A stretch of 64,000 nucleotides of DNA. Origin: Squalus acanthias. Taxonomy: Eukaryota. The stretch is from positions 108,440,001 to 108,504,000 of the forward strand of contig CM059432.1 of NCBI GenBank assembly GCA_030390025.1, written 5' to 3'. A program made the translations under genes and the position numbers. Within the stretch, counting starts at the first letter, position 1. Every line of letters starts with the position of its first letter. Below, piece after piece: positions 11,920-24,171 of this stretch. Under the pieces are notes generated by a model. It was given only the letters and a program-made list of their open reading frames with translations. It had not been told where the DNA came from and made no database searches.

Positions 11920-12685
11920 TATGTATTTAAGGGGAGGCTTGATGCATACATGAGGGAGAAAGGAATAGAGAGATACGAGGGGCAGGGTGGGGAGAGGTAA
12001 TTCGTGGGAGGAGGCTCATGTGGAGTATACAGATTGGCGTGGACTAGATGGGTTGAATAGCCTGTTACTGTGCTGTAGATTCGATGTAATGACAGCATAG
12101 ACCAATGCAGGTTACGGTATCCAAACAGCTCTCCTTAATGTTACAGAGCTCCTAAATAAGCAATGGAAGGGCTTCTTCCATCTATAAAGGATATAGAAGC
12201 ATTGGAGAAAGTGCAAAAAAGATTCACAAGGACCAGAACTGAGAGATTGTAACTACCAGGAAAGATTGAACAGGCTGGGGCTCTTTTCTCCAGAAAAAAG
12301 ACTGAGAGGTGAGCTGATAGAGGTCTTTAAAATTATGAAGGGGTTCGATAGGGTAGACATAGAGAAGATGTTTTCACGTGTGAGGAAGTCCAAAACTAGG
12401 GGCCATAAATAATAGTCACTAATAAAGCCAATAATTCCAGGAGCAATTTCTTGACCCAGAGAGTGGTTAGAACCCGCTACCACACGGAGTAATTGAGGTA
12501 AATAGCATAGAAGCATTTAAGGGGAAGCTAAATAAGTATGAGGGAGAAAGGAATAGAAGGATATGTTGATATGGTGAGATGAAGAGGGGTGGGAGGAGGC
12601 TCGTGTGGAGCACAAACACCGGCATAAACCAGTTGGGCTGAAAGAATTTTACAGCACAGAAGCAAGTCAATGTAATCTATGTAAC
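11920..12685 (+). mobile_element. Two CR1 3' fragments (about 11920-12090 and 12160-12685)
   Basis: ORF2 C-terminal remnants (ERLNRLGLFSPEK..LRGELIEVFKIMKG) and CR1 3' UTRs. Confidence 0.85.
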
Positions 12686-13934
12686 ATATAACAAGTCAAT
12701 GAAAAAGCAACCACAGACAGCCTAAAACACACCAGAGCTCAAGTCCCTGCCTTAAAATGGAGGACAGTAACAGGAGCTCCAACGATGATCGACCAATGAT
12801 ATTCCTAATACCATGAGCGCACAATTTCTTTTCAAAATTACACAAAGTATTTGCTCAAACCGCTTCACAGTAAACTACGGATTTACTAAAAAAAATTCCT
12901 AATTTATTTAAAAAGGAGCATTTTAATATATCTGCCTCACACATCAAAGAAGCATGGTGTAAGAAAGCTTTATTCTTCAAGAACAACTACCTGGAGAAAA
13001 CTCTCACAAGCGTAAATAAAAAGGAAAATCAATAATTTTGTTAAATTTTAATAATCCTGCAAACCCCACAAATATAACCACTAATGTTCTGAGTTGAAAT
13101 GACAGTTAGTTGTGTTTCTATGGAAACCTGGTGCAACCAGTAACAAGTTTTGACTTGTAGCAAGACCAAGACATGAACAGAGAGACATTCTACCCTTACA
13201 CCAGGAGAAAAAAGGCATCACTGAGCTTCAGAAAAATCAATTTTGTGTGCAATAAAGTTCTACACCATAATATATTTGAATTTGTTCCATCTCATAAGAT
13301 TTAGCATTATTGATTTTTATTGGTCTGGTGTTTCCTACATTAAAAAAATTCAAAATAAAGATTGTACTTTCACAGGTTTAAATGAAGATCTCACGAGTTT
13401 GATTTTATAGCCTCATAATGAAATTGTCATTCGTAGTGGGCCTTAAGAGACCTTTCATTTAGCTATGAAAATAAACTGACCCTACCCCTCTAGACAGTTC
13501 TGCAAAGCAATGATTGAATTAATTCAGAGACCAGACCACAAAATAATTTGTTGATTTATTCTCTTAAGATCACACTTACATCATTTTTGTTAGGACATCT
13601 TGGGAAATGTTTAGGCTGGGATACGATCAGGTGATTGCCAATAACAAATGTTCTTACTGGAAGCAATCCCAATACCAACATGAACAGAACATTAAAAGAA
13701 TAGCAGTGAAAGAATGTGTGTGGGGCCCTGCCACTTCTGAAATCCCAGATTCCAAAAAGATGCGGGAGACAATTTCTTAGAACCCTAAATTTGCTTGTCT
13801 CAACCAGGCAACAATCACACTGGCAGGCGATACAGTTGTTATCCCAGGGATACTGCAGCCTAGTCGGCACTTAAAAAATTGCACCTAGGATTGAATTGCT
13901 TGCAGCATGGATCTGGCCTTGCTTTTGAAGTTAA

Positions 13935-14340
13935 AAGGTTGTGGGTTCAAGTCTCACACCAGAGATTTGAGCACATAATCTAGGCTGACACTCCAGTACA
14001 GTACTGGGGGAGTGCTGCTCTGTCAGATGTGCCGCCCTTTGGATGAGACCTTTAACCGAGGCCCCGTCTTCCCTCTCAGGTGGATGTAAAAGATCCCATG
14101 GCATTATTTGAAGAAGAGCAGGGGATTTCTCCCAGTTACCTGCCCAATATTTATCCCTCAATCAACACCTAAAATAGATTATCTGGTCATTTATTTCATT
14201 GCTGTTTGTGGGAGCTTACTGTGCGCTAATTGCCTGCTGCGATTCTTACATAACAACAGTGACCACACGCCAAAAGTATTTAAATGGTTGTAAAGCGCTT
14301 TGGGATGACCTTAGTTACAAATACAAGTCTTTCTTTCTTT
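13935..14340 (+). mobile_element. Deu-domain SINE
   Basis: B box GGTTCAAGTC, Deu core, tail aaatacaagt(cttt)n. Confidence 0.88.
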
Positions 14341-14771
14341 ATACTGCTGGGTCTCTCCTGGAAAAAAATGCAGTTGAAGGCTCTTTGATCAGAGGCTAAT
14401 TCATTCTGGACGCTGCGCCTGCCTTTTAAATACCAAAAATTCCCAGTTAGATAGATTAGGCTAAATGACATAGAAAGAAAAATAATTAAAATAAAAGAGA
14501 AAGAATAGGGAGCAAAAAGGATGACCAAACAATTAAAAGTGCATAATATGATTTAATTTTATTTAAAATTGTATTTTAAGTACATATTTTTGTTGTACAA
14601 TGTTGCCCAAGAAATACATGACAAATGAATATCCTACTTGAAATACCCCTGCACAAATAGTTTTTACTCCCCCAGTGATTTCTACATCATTTAGAGCAGG
14701 AGCGTCCAAGCTTTTTGTCCTCAGAGGCCCAATAGGTTCCTAATTATTTGCATACACAGTATTACACAATC

Positions 14772-16242
14772 CCACAATCAACAGATCAGATCAAAGCTCT
14801 GCAGTCCTGCCACATTCAGTCGTGAATGGTGGTGGACCATTAACAGCTAACGGGAGGAGGAGGCTCCATGAATATCCCCATCCTCAATGATGACAGAGCC
14901 CAGCATGTGAGTGCAAAAGACAAGGGGAAAGCGTTTGCAACCATCTTCAGCCAGAAGTGCCGAGTGGATGATCCATATCGGCCGACTCCTGAGGTCCCCA
15001 CCATCACAGAAGCCAGTCTTCAGCCATTTCGATTCACTCCACGTGATATCAAGAAACGGCTGAGCGCACTGGATACAGCAAAGGCTATGGGCCCCGACAA
15101 CATCCCGGCTATCGTGCTGAAGACTTCTGCTCCAGAACTAGCCACACCTCCAGCCAAGCTGTTCCAGTACAGCTACAACACTGGCATCTATCCGACAATG
15201 TGGAAAACTGCCCAGTATGTCCTGTCCACAAAAAGCAGGACAAATCCAATCCGGCCAATTACTGTCCCATCAGTCTACTCTCAATCATCAGCAAAGTGAT
15301 GGAAGGTGTTGTCGACAGTGCTATCAAGAGGCACTTACTCACCAATAACCTGCTAACTGATGCCCAGTTTGGGTTCCGCCAAGACCACTCGGCTCCCGAC
15401 CTCATTACAGCCTTGGTCCAAACATGGACAAAGGAGCTGAATTCCAGAGGTGAGGTAACATTCGCGCCACACAAGTTCCAGGCAATGACTCTCTCCAACA
15501 GGCGAGAGTCTAACCACCGCCCCTTGACATTCAACAGCATTACCATCGCCGAATCCCCCACCATCAACATCCTGGGGGTCACCATTGACATGAAACTTAA
15601 ATGGAGCAGCCACATAAATACTGTGGCTACAAGAGCAAGTCAGAGGCTAGGTGTGCTGCGGCGAGTGTCTCACCTCCTGACTCCCTAAAGCCTTTCCACC
15701 ATCTACAAGGCACAAGTAAGGAGTGTGATGGAATACTCTCCACTTGCCTGGATGAGTGCAGCTCCAACAACACTCAAGAAGCTTGACACCATCCAGGACA
15801 ACGCAGCCCGCTTAATTGGCACCCCATCCACCACCTTAAACATTCACTCCCTCCACCACCGGCGTACTGTGGCTGCAGTGTGTACCATCTACAAGATGCA
15901 CTGCAGCAACTCGCCAAGGCTTCTTCGGCAGCACCACCCAAAACCACGAACTCTTCCACCAAGAAGGACAAGGGCAGCAGGCGCATGGGAACACCACCAC
16001 CTCCAAGTTCCCTTCCAAGTCTCACACCATCCTGACTTAGAAGTATATCGCCGATCCTTCATCGTTGCTGGGTCAAAATCCTGGAACTCCCTCCCTAACA
16101 GCACTGTGGGAGTGCATTCATCACACGGACTGCAGCAGTTCAAAAGGTGGATCACCACCACCTTCTCAAGGGCAATTAGGGATGGGCAATAAATGCTGGC
16201 CTTGCCAGCGACGCCCATATCCTATAAACAAATTTAAAAAAA
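14772..16242 (+). mobile_element. CR1-group LINE, second family (family B), 3' part with an internal deletion of the RT core
   Basis: KAMGPDNIP, NYCPISLLS, QFGFRQ and LGVTID motifs; tail gcaattagggatgggcaataaatgctggcc...poly(A). Homologous to 25335-26328 and 29948-31370. Confidence 0.9.
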
Positions 16243-16399
16243 CATAGGATTTACGGCAGAGAAACAGGCTGTTTGGCCCAACAAGTCCATGTCAGCGTTT
16301 ATGCTCCACACGAGCCTCCTCCCAACCGTCTTCATCTAACCCCATCAATATATCCTTCTATTCCCATCTCCCTCATATGTTTATCTAGCTATCTGCTGA

Positions 16400-17783
16400 C
16401 GCACAGAGTAGTCTTAAACGGGGTGCTTCTAATCAGCGTTAAAGTTGGGAATTGAGAGAGAGTGGAAGTACCAGCTGTAAAAAGTGAAATTTAGTTTAAC
16501 ATTTTGAATTTAACTTAGAACTTTAAAAACTGTAGTTAACAGAAACTGCCAGTCAGTGGCAGTTAACTGTCAAGTCAGCTAGAAGTGCTTGTCTTGAATA
16601 GGTGCTAATTACTGTGAGCAGGGAGCTGAGTCAGCACTTGTAACTTTAGTTCGGAAATTCGGAACAGAGGGAAGAAGGACGTGCTGCTTTTTGCCTCCAA
16701 TACTTGTGGTGCTTTGTGTTACAGGTAAATATTTATCTATCTATAAGTTAAACTAGATCTAGTAATTAGTTAAAAACTAAACTATAAGCTAAGTTAATTA
16801 AATACATAAACTTTAATTAATTAAATAAGTAAAACAAGGTTATATAGGGATGGCAGTGCAGGTGGTGTGCCGCAACTGCAGCACGTGGGAGTTTGTGGAG
16901 AGCATCGCAATCCTGGACGACTACGTCTGCAGTAAGTGTCTGTATCTCGAGGAACTTCAGCTCAGAGTTGTTGAGCTGGAGTTCGAGGTGCAGACATTGC
17001 AGGGCATCAGGGAGGGGGAGAGTTATCTGGACACTTTGGTCCAAGGAGGCAGTCACACCACTTAGATTAGGTAGTGGTACAGGTCTGGTTAGTGGTCAGG
17101 GACAGGAGGGTGTGACTGCAACTGAGGCAGGTAAGGGGACCCCAGGTGCAGTGCTGGAGGAGCCTCGGCCTTTGCCCTTTTTCCAACAGGTATGAGCTTC
17201 TTCTGCCTGTGTGGATTAGGGTGGATAAGAAAACTGACCACGGCATCATGGTAAAGGAGGCCATTCAAGTGGGGAGAGTGAAAAGGAATGTTGTAATGGT
17301 AGGGGGACAATATACTCAGTGGGATAGATACTGTTCTCTGCAGCTGCGACCAGGAGTTCGGAAGGCTGTGTTGCCTGCCTGGTGCCAGGGTTAAGGATAA
17401 CTCCTCGCGGCTGGAGAAGAATTTGGGGTGGGGGTGGGGAGGATCCAGTTGTCGTGGTCCACGCAGGAACCAAGAACATTGGTAGAACAAGAAATAAGGT
17501 TCTGCTGAAAGAGTTTGAGGAGCTAGGGTCCAAATTTAAACGTAGAGCCTCAAAAGGTAATAATATCTGGATTGTTACCTGAGCCACACGCAAACTGGCA
17601 TCGGGACAAGCAGATCAGAGAGTTAAATGCGTGGCTCAGAGTGGTGCTGGAGGAAGGGGTTTAGATTCATGGGGCACTGGCACCAGAATTGGGGAAAGAG
17701 GGAGCTGTTCCGTTGGAACGGGCTCCACTTAAACCGGGGTGGGACCAGTGTCCTGGCGAATCCAGGATAGGGTTTTAAATTAA
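16400..17783 (+). mobile_element. CR1 5' UTR plus degraded ORF1 (CxxC...CxxC zinc finger, coiled coil, SGNH-esterase domain)
   Basis: From 16850: MAVQVVCRNC...VCSKC..LEELQLRVVELE. Downstream frames give GD.IL, CLPGARVKD, PVVVVHAGTKNIG and GLHLNRGG. Confidence 0.88.
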
Positions 17784-20700
17784 AACGATATAGGTAAAAA
17801 GCGGGAAGAGGTCCTACAAGCAGAATTTAGGGAGCTAGGAGCTAAATTAAAAAGTAGGACCGCTAAGGTAGTAATCTCTGGATTGCTACCAGGGCCACGT
17901 GCTAATCAGAAGAGAGAACAGGATAGTGAGATTGAATACGTGGCTTGAGCAGTGGTGCAGGAGGGAGGGATTCAAATTCCTGAGGCATTGGAACCAGTTC
18001 TGGGGGAAGTGGGACCTGTACAAAAGGGACGGTCTGCACTTGGGCAGGACTGGAACCGATGTCCTCGGGGTAATATTTGCTAAAGCAGTTCGGGAGGATT
18101 TAAACTAATATGGCAGGGGAATGGGAACCTATGTAGCGAAACAGGGGGAAGTAATATGCAGTCAGAAACAAATGTTAGAAGGGTGAGAAACAATAGGGGA
18201 AGGCCGAGTAAACAAAGGCAAGAAACACAAAGGGCCATACTAAATCATAAGTCTAAAAGGACAAAGGATGTTAATAAAACAAGCCTAAAGGCTCTGTGTC
18301 TTAATGCAAGGAGTATCCGTAATAAGGTGGATGAATTGACTGTGCAAATAGATGTTAACGGATACGATATGATTGGGATTACAGAGACCTGGCTCCAGAA
18401 CAATCAAGGCTGGGAACTGAACATCCAGGGGTATTCAACATTCAGAAAGGATAGAATAAAAGGAAAAGGGGGTGGGGTAGCATTGCTGGTTAAAGAGGAG
18501 ATTAATGCAATAGCTAGGAAGGACATCAGCTTGGAGGATGTGGAATCAATATGGGTTGAGCTGCAGAACACCAAAGGGCAGAAAACGTTAGTGGGAGTTG
18601 TGTACAGACCTCCAAACAGCAGTAGTGAGGTGGGGGAGGGTATGAAACAGGAAATCAGAGGTGCGTGCAAAAAAGGCACGGCAGTTATCATGGGTGACTT
18701 TAATATGCATATAGATTGGGCTACTCAAACTGGAAGCAATACGGTGGAGGAGGATTTCCTGGAGTGTTTAAGGGATGGTTTCCTAAACCAATATGTTGAG
18801 GAACCAACTCGAGGGGAAGCCATCCTGGACTGGGTGTTGTGTAATGAGGAAGGACTAATCAGCAATCTTGTGGTACGAGGCCCCCTGGGGAAGAGTGACC
18901 ATAGTATGGTGGAGTTCTACATTAGGATGGAGAAGGAAACAGTTAAGTCAGAGACCATGGTCCAGAACTTAAATAAGGGCAACTTTGAGGGTATGAGGCG
19001 TGAATTGGCGAGGTTAAATTGGCAAGTGATATTTAAGGGGCTATCAGTGGAAGGGCAATGGCAGACATTTAGAGATCGCATGGATGAACTACAACAATTG
19101 TAGATCCCGGTCTGGCGTAAAAATAAAAAAGGGAAGGTGGCTCAACCATGGCTAACAAGGGAAATCAGGGATAGTATTAAAACCAAGGAAGTTGCATACA
19201 AATTGGCCAGAAGTGGTAGCAAACCCGGGGACTGGGTTAACTTCAAAACTCAGCAGAGGAGGACGAAGGGTTTGATTAGGGCAGGGAAAATAAAATATGA
19301 AAGGAAGCTTGCAGAGAACATTAAAATGGACTGCAAAAGCTTCTATAAATATGTAAAAAGAGGTTAGTAAAAACAAATGTAGGTCCCCTGCAGTTGGAAA
19401 CAGGGGAAGTCGTAATGGGGAACAAGGAAATGGCAGATCAATTGAACAAGTACTTTGGTTCGGTGTTTACTGTGGAGGACACACACAACCTGCCGGAAAT
19501 AAAAGGGGTCAGAGGATCTGGTAAGAGGGAGGAGCTGAGGGAAATCCTTATTAGTCGGGAAAAGGTATTGGGGAAATTGATGGGACTGAAGGCTGAAAAA
19601 TCCCCGGGGCCTGATGGTCTGCATTCCAGAGTACTTAAGGAGGTGGCCTTGGAAATAGTGGATGCATTGACGATCATTTTCCAACATTCCTTAGACTCTG
19701 GATCAGTTCCGATGGAGTGGAGGGTGGCCAATGTAACCCCTCTTTTTAAAAAAGGAGGGAGGGAGAAAGCAGGGAATTATAGACCGGTCAGCCTGACATC
19801 GGTCGTGGGTAAAATGATGGAAGCAATTATTAAAGATGTCATAACTGGCCATTTGGAAAGTGGCGACATGATAGGTCCAAGTCAGCATGGATTTGTGAAA
19901 GGGAAATCATGCTTGACAAATCTTCTGGAATTTTTTGAGAATGTTTCCAATAGGGTGGACAGGGGGGAACCAGTAGATGTGGTGTATTTGGACTTTCAGA
20001 AGGCCTTCGACAAGGTCCCACACAAGAGATTGGTGAGCAAAGTTAAAGCACATGGGATTGGGGGTAATGTGTTGACGTGCATTGAGAACTGGTTGGCACA
20101 CAGGAAACAAAGAGTAGGAGTAAATGGGTACTTTTCAGAATGGCAGGCAGTGACCAGCGGGGTACCGCAGGGTTCGGTGCTGGGACCCCAGCTGTTTACA
20201 TTATATATTAATGATTTGGACGAAGGGATTAAATGTAATATCTCCAAATTTGCGGATGACACTAAATTGGGAGGCAGTGTGAACAATGAGGAGGATGCTA
20301 GTAGGCTACAGAGTGACTTGGACAGGTTGGGTGAATGGGCAAATGTATGGCAGATGAAGTACAATGTGGATAAATGTGAGGTTATCCACTTTGGTGGTAA
20401 AAATAGAGAGGCGGACTATTACCTGAATGGTGGCAGATTAGGGAAAGGGGAGGTGCAACGAGACCTGGGCGTCATGGTACATCAGTCACTGAAGGTGGGA
20501 ATGCAAGTGCAGCAGGCAGTCAAGAAAGCAAATGGAATGATGGCCTTCATAGTAAGGGGATTTGAGTACAGGAGTAGGGAGGTGATGCTGCAGTTGTACA
20601 GGGCCTTGGTGAGGCCACACCTGGAGTATTGTGTGCAGTTTTGGTCTCCTAACTTAAGGAAGGACATTCTTGCTATTGAGGGAGTGCAGCGAAGGTTCAC

Positions 20701-21182
20701 TAGATTGATTCCTGGGATGGCCGGACTGACATATCAAGAAAGATTGGGTCAACTGAACTTGTATCCTCTGGAGTTCAGAAGAATGAGGGGGGATCTTATA
20801 GAGACATTTAAAATCCTGACTGGTTTAGACAAATTAGATGCGGGCAGAATGTTCCCAATGTTAGGGAAAACTAGAACCAGGGGTCACAGTCTAAGGATTA
20901 AGGGGAAGCCATTTAAGACTGAGCTGAGGAGGAACTTCTTCACCCAGAGAGTGGTGAATCTATGGAATTCTCTTCCACAGAAGGTTGTTGAGGCCAGTTC
21001 GCTAAATATATTCAAAAGGGAGTTAGATATAACACTCACAACTAGGGGGATCAAGGGGTATGGCGAGAAAGCAGGAATGGGGTACTGAGGTAGCATGTTC
21101 AGCCATGAACGCATTGAATGGCGGTGCAGGCTCGAAGGACCGAATGGTCAACTCCTGTACCTATTTTCTATGTTTCTATGTT
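17784..21182 (+). mobile_element. Young CR1 LINE: ORF1 C-terminus plus nearly complete ORF2 (APE endonuclease and RT) plus 3' tail
   Basis: EN motifs LNARS, ITETWL, GGGVALLV, YRPP, GDFN, SDH (18156-19103). RT motifs [14 protein letters not shown] (19394-21088). One stop (19101) and one frameshift (about 19363). (TTTCTATG)n tail. Confidence 0.96.
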
Positions 21183-21977
21183 ACAGATAAACACTAGTCA
21201 ATCCAGTCAGCACATCAACCATCTTAAGGGGGGATGGAAAAATTAAACAATTTAGTCCCATAAGTACCGATGTAACAACCCAAAGCTACAAGCCAGTATA
21301 TTCCTTTTGATGAAACTGCTGATTCAAACAGTGGTCTCTGCTATTTCAAATTCAACTTGCACACTGAAACAGTGCAGCTGACTATCAGCAGTACCATGAT
21401 TTATAACATCTGAAGTGATATAAATATTGTTACCTTCTATTGCATTATAAGAAAACTATGCTCTAAATTTCTCCAACAATGGTTTGGAATATTCAATAAT
21501 AGGAGTTTTGTCTTATTTTAAATATGCGTATGCTATGTAAATGTATGTTGAAAAATGCATGGTGCATTCACTGCTGAGGGAGGTTAATACACTGGCTGCA
21601 ATGGAGCTTCATAAAACAGCAGGTCTCCCAATGATAATAGAATTCAACAAATAAATGCAGAGCAGTGTACACATGGAGTCACTAGAAAATCCAGGGAGTA
21701 AACTTGTGTATTTTAGTCACAAAAATCCAGTTGACATTTGAAAATAAATAAGGTAAAAAAAACACAACGGCCCCAATATTAATCTGGAGGCGGTTTCCGA
21801 GCAGGGGGTGAAATTGTGTGGGCCAAACCCAGAAGTCAAGTCAGCAGGTCGGAATCTGCAATCTCAACTCAACTGAACCAATCCATTTTGACTTCCAGGT
21901 TTCACGTCTCCAAGCTGCGCAGCGGGCATGATGCATACTCACATGACACGATCTCAGTTGTATTTAAAGGGGCAGTA

Positions 21978-22808
21978 CACATAGGAACAGGAGTAGGCCA
22001 TTGAGCCCGCTCTGTCATTCAATGAGATCATGACTGATCTGCGACCTAACTCCATATACCTGCCTTTGCCCCTTAATACCTTTGGTTAACAAAAAGCTAT
22101 CAATCTCAGATTTAAAATTAACAATTGATCTAGCATCAATTGCCGTTTGCGGGAGTGTGTGTCAAACTTCTACCACCCTTTGTGTGTAGAAGTGTTTCCT
22201 AATTTCACTCCTGAAAGGTCTGGCTCTAATTTTTAGACTATGCCCCCTAGTCCTAGAATCCCCAACCAGCGGAAATAGTTTCTCTCTATCTACCCTATCA
22301 GTTTCCCTTAATATCTTGAAAACTTCGATCAGATCACCCCTTAATCTTCTAAATTCCAGGGAATACAACCCTAGTTTGTGTAATCTCTCCTCGTAATTTA
22401 ACCCTTGGAGTCCGGGTATCATTCTGGTAAGCCTACGCTGCACTCCCTCCAAGGCCAATATATCCTTCCTAAGGTGTGGTGCCCAGAACTACTGCTCAGT
22501 ACTCCAGGTGTGGTCTAACCAGGGCTTTGTATAGCTGCAGCATAACTTCTACCCCCTTTGTATTCTAGTCCTCTAGATATAAAGGCCATCATTCCATTAG
22601 CCTTTTTGATTATTTTCTGTACCTGTTCATGACATTTTAATGATCTATGTACCTGGACCCCCAAGTCTCTTTGGACCTCCACTGTTTTTAGCTTTTCACC
22701 ATTTAGAAAGTACTCTGTTCTATCCTTATTAGGTCCAAAGTGAATGACCTCGCATTAGCCTACATTGAAATCCATTTGCCACAGTTTTGCCCATTCCCTT
22801 AATCTTTA
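21978..22808 (-). mobile_element. CR1 3' fragment inserted in the Harbinger relic
   Basis: Minus ORF ALEGVQRRLTRMIPGL...; tail ggcctactcctgttcctatgt; tacaca at both junctions is a possible TSD. Confidence 0.92.
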
Positions 22809-22844
22809 TACACAAATAGAAGTTGGAGGATAGATGGCGGACAC

Positions 22845-23057
22845 AGAGCAAGGCCCGCACCCAGATTTAATGACGCCTCACTGGAATTACTGCTGGGCGC
22901 AGGCAGGAGCAGGAGAGACATACTTTTCCTCAGCAATGCTGCTCTCACCAAGAAGGCGTGGTTGGAGGTTGCTGAGGTGGTGAGCAGCAGGAGCGTTGTA
23001 CCCAGGTCTTGGATGCAATGTAGGGAGCGGTTTAATGAACTAACCAGATCAAGAAAA
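22845..23057 (+). pseudogene. Harbinger-type Myb/SANT-like DNA-binding protein relic
   Basis: Open frame RARPAPRFNDASLELLLGAGRSRRDILF...TKKAWLEVAEVVSSRSVVPRSWMQCRERFNELTRSRK followed by donor gtgagt. The upstream ATG (22834) is out of frame. Confidence 0.75.
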
Positions 23058-23358
23058 GTGAGTACATTTGCTGATTCCACTACATCTTGTGCTTTAAGCC
23101 CCACCCCTCCGCCTCCTTCACACGGTCTTGTTAAGCGTTCTCCGTCTGGTCACTTCTCACACCCATTCAACTTGCAGCAGCACCCAGTCTTCACTTTCTA
23201 TGCATTTCATCCCCATTTATCCATCCACCGTTGCCACTCACTCCTTATGTAAGGTGTGAGTACAGGGCTGGCGTGTCACGGTTGCCAGTGCAGCGCTGAT
23301 GTTCGGGTGATAGCTGTGTTTGTACTAAAATAACACACTTGTGCTATAATTAACTTAC

Positions 23359-23397
23359 CTCCGATTCATCTGTGGATTCTTCATAGTTTTGAGTCTC
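23359..23397 (-). CDS. VPS41: VPS41 coding exon 2 (39 nt), ETQNYEESTDESE
   Basis: Minus strand ctgttgcag|GAGACT...TCGGAG|gtaagt, phase 0/0. Matches human VPS41 ETGSLEESTDESE. Confidence 0.95.
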
Positions 23398-23809
23398 CTG
23401 CAACAGACAGACAGACTAGGATTAGAGTATTATATATCATTTGAAATGGAATTGGACAATTACTTGAAAAGAAATAAAGTAATAGGATATAGGGAAAGAG
23501 CATTTTATATTCTATAAGATTATATTAGAGTGCACTGCTCCATCGAAGAGCTATCACCGGCCCAAGCATGATGGGCCGATTAGCCTCCGTCTGTGCTGTA
23601 AATTCTAGTTGTTTACAGTGCTGCACATTAGCTGCCACTTTAGAGGGTTTAATTGAGAAAGTATTTTTTAATATTAAAGAACAATTTTGGAATTTATATG
23701 ATGATTGGAAGGTAAAGGTGGGCTGCTGTCTTCAATTGAGTGGCTTGCTAGGCCACAGCAGCGGCATTAAGTGGGACCAGAATCATAAGTAGACCAGACT
23801 GCACCGCAT

Positions 23810-24114
23810 GTCCTCTGGTACCTCCCCCAAGTGTTAGTTAGTCATTTTGAACCTTGACAGCAAGACCATTAGGGCATCAATCAAGACCAAGCCCAATTCT
23901 ACTTTTGCTTGCATATAGATACAGGTGCGCTACAACCAGGGGTCATCAGAGTGTAATCAAAAAAATAACCTGGCTAACTTTTCACTCCCTAATCCAGAGC
24001 CAATAGAGCAAGTGGAGCAGCCCTACCTCCAGCCCAGGTGATTTCAGCTAACTCAGCACAGTCCGTATCTGTGTGACTCAGCTACTCATTGGATAAGGTC
24101 ACTGAGCCATCAGG
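23810..24114 (-). mobile_element. SINE-like family X copy
   Basis: Reverse complement reads gatggctcagtgacc...tgtgctgagttagctgaaatcacctggg...agccagg...tgacccctgg. Confidence 0.55.
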
Positions 24115-24171
24115 ATGGGAATAAAGGGTTATGCTGCTGAAAACTACAAAGCATGTTGAAAAGTACAGTTA

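Larger units (their letters stand above)
21769..23300 (+). mobile_element. PIF/Harbinger-type DNA transposon relic, split by a CR1 insertion
   Basis: GC-rich left end (GGCCCCAATATT...) up to a TATTTAAAGG box; after the CR1 it resumes with a Myb/SANT-like reading frame. Confidence 0.65.

Noticed and set aside
19394..21088. 564-aa RT ORF as a host gene or a retron-like system
   Set aside because: Ordinary CR1 ORF2 with an upstream endonuclease, disablements and a CR1 tail.
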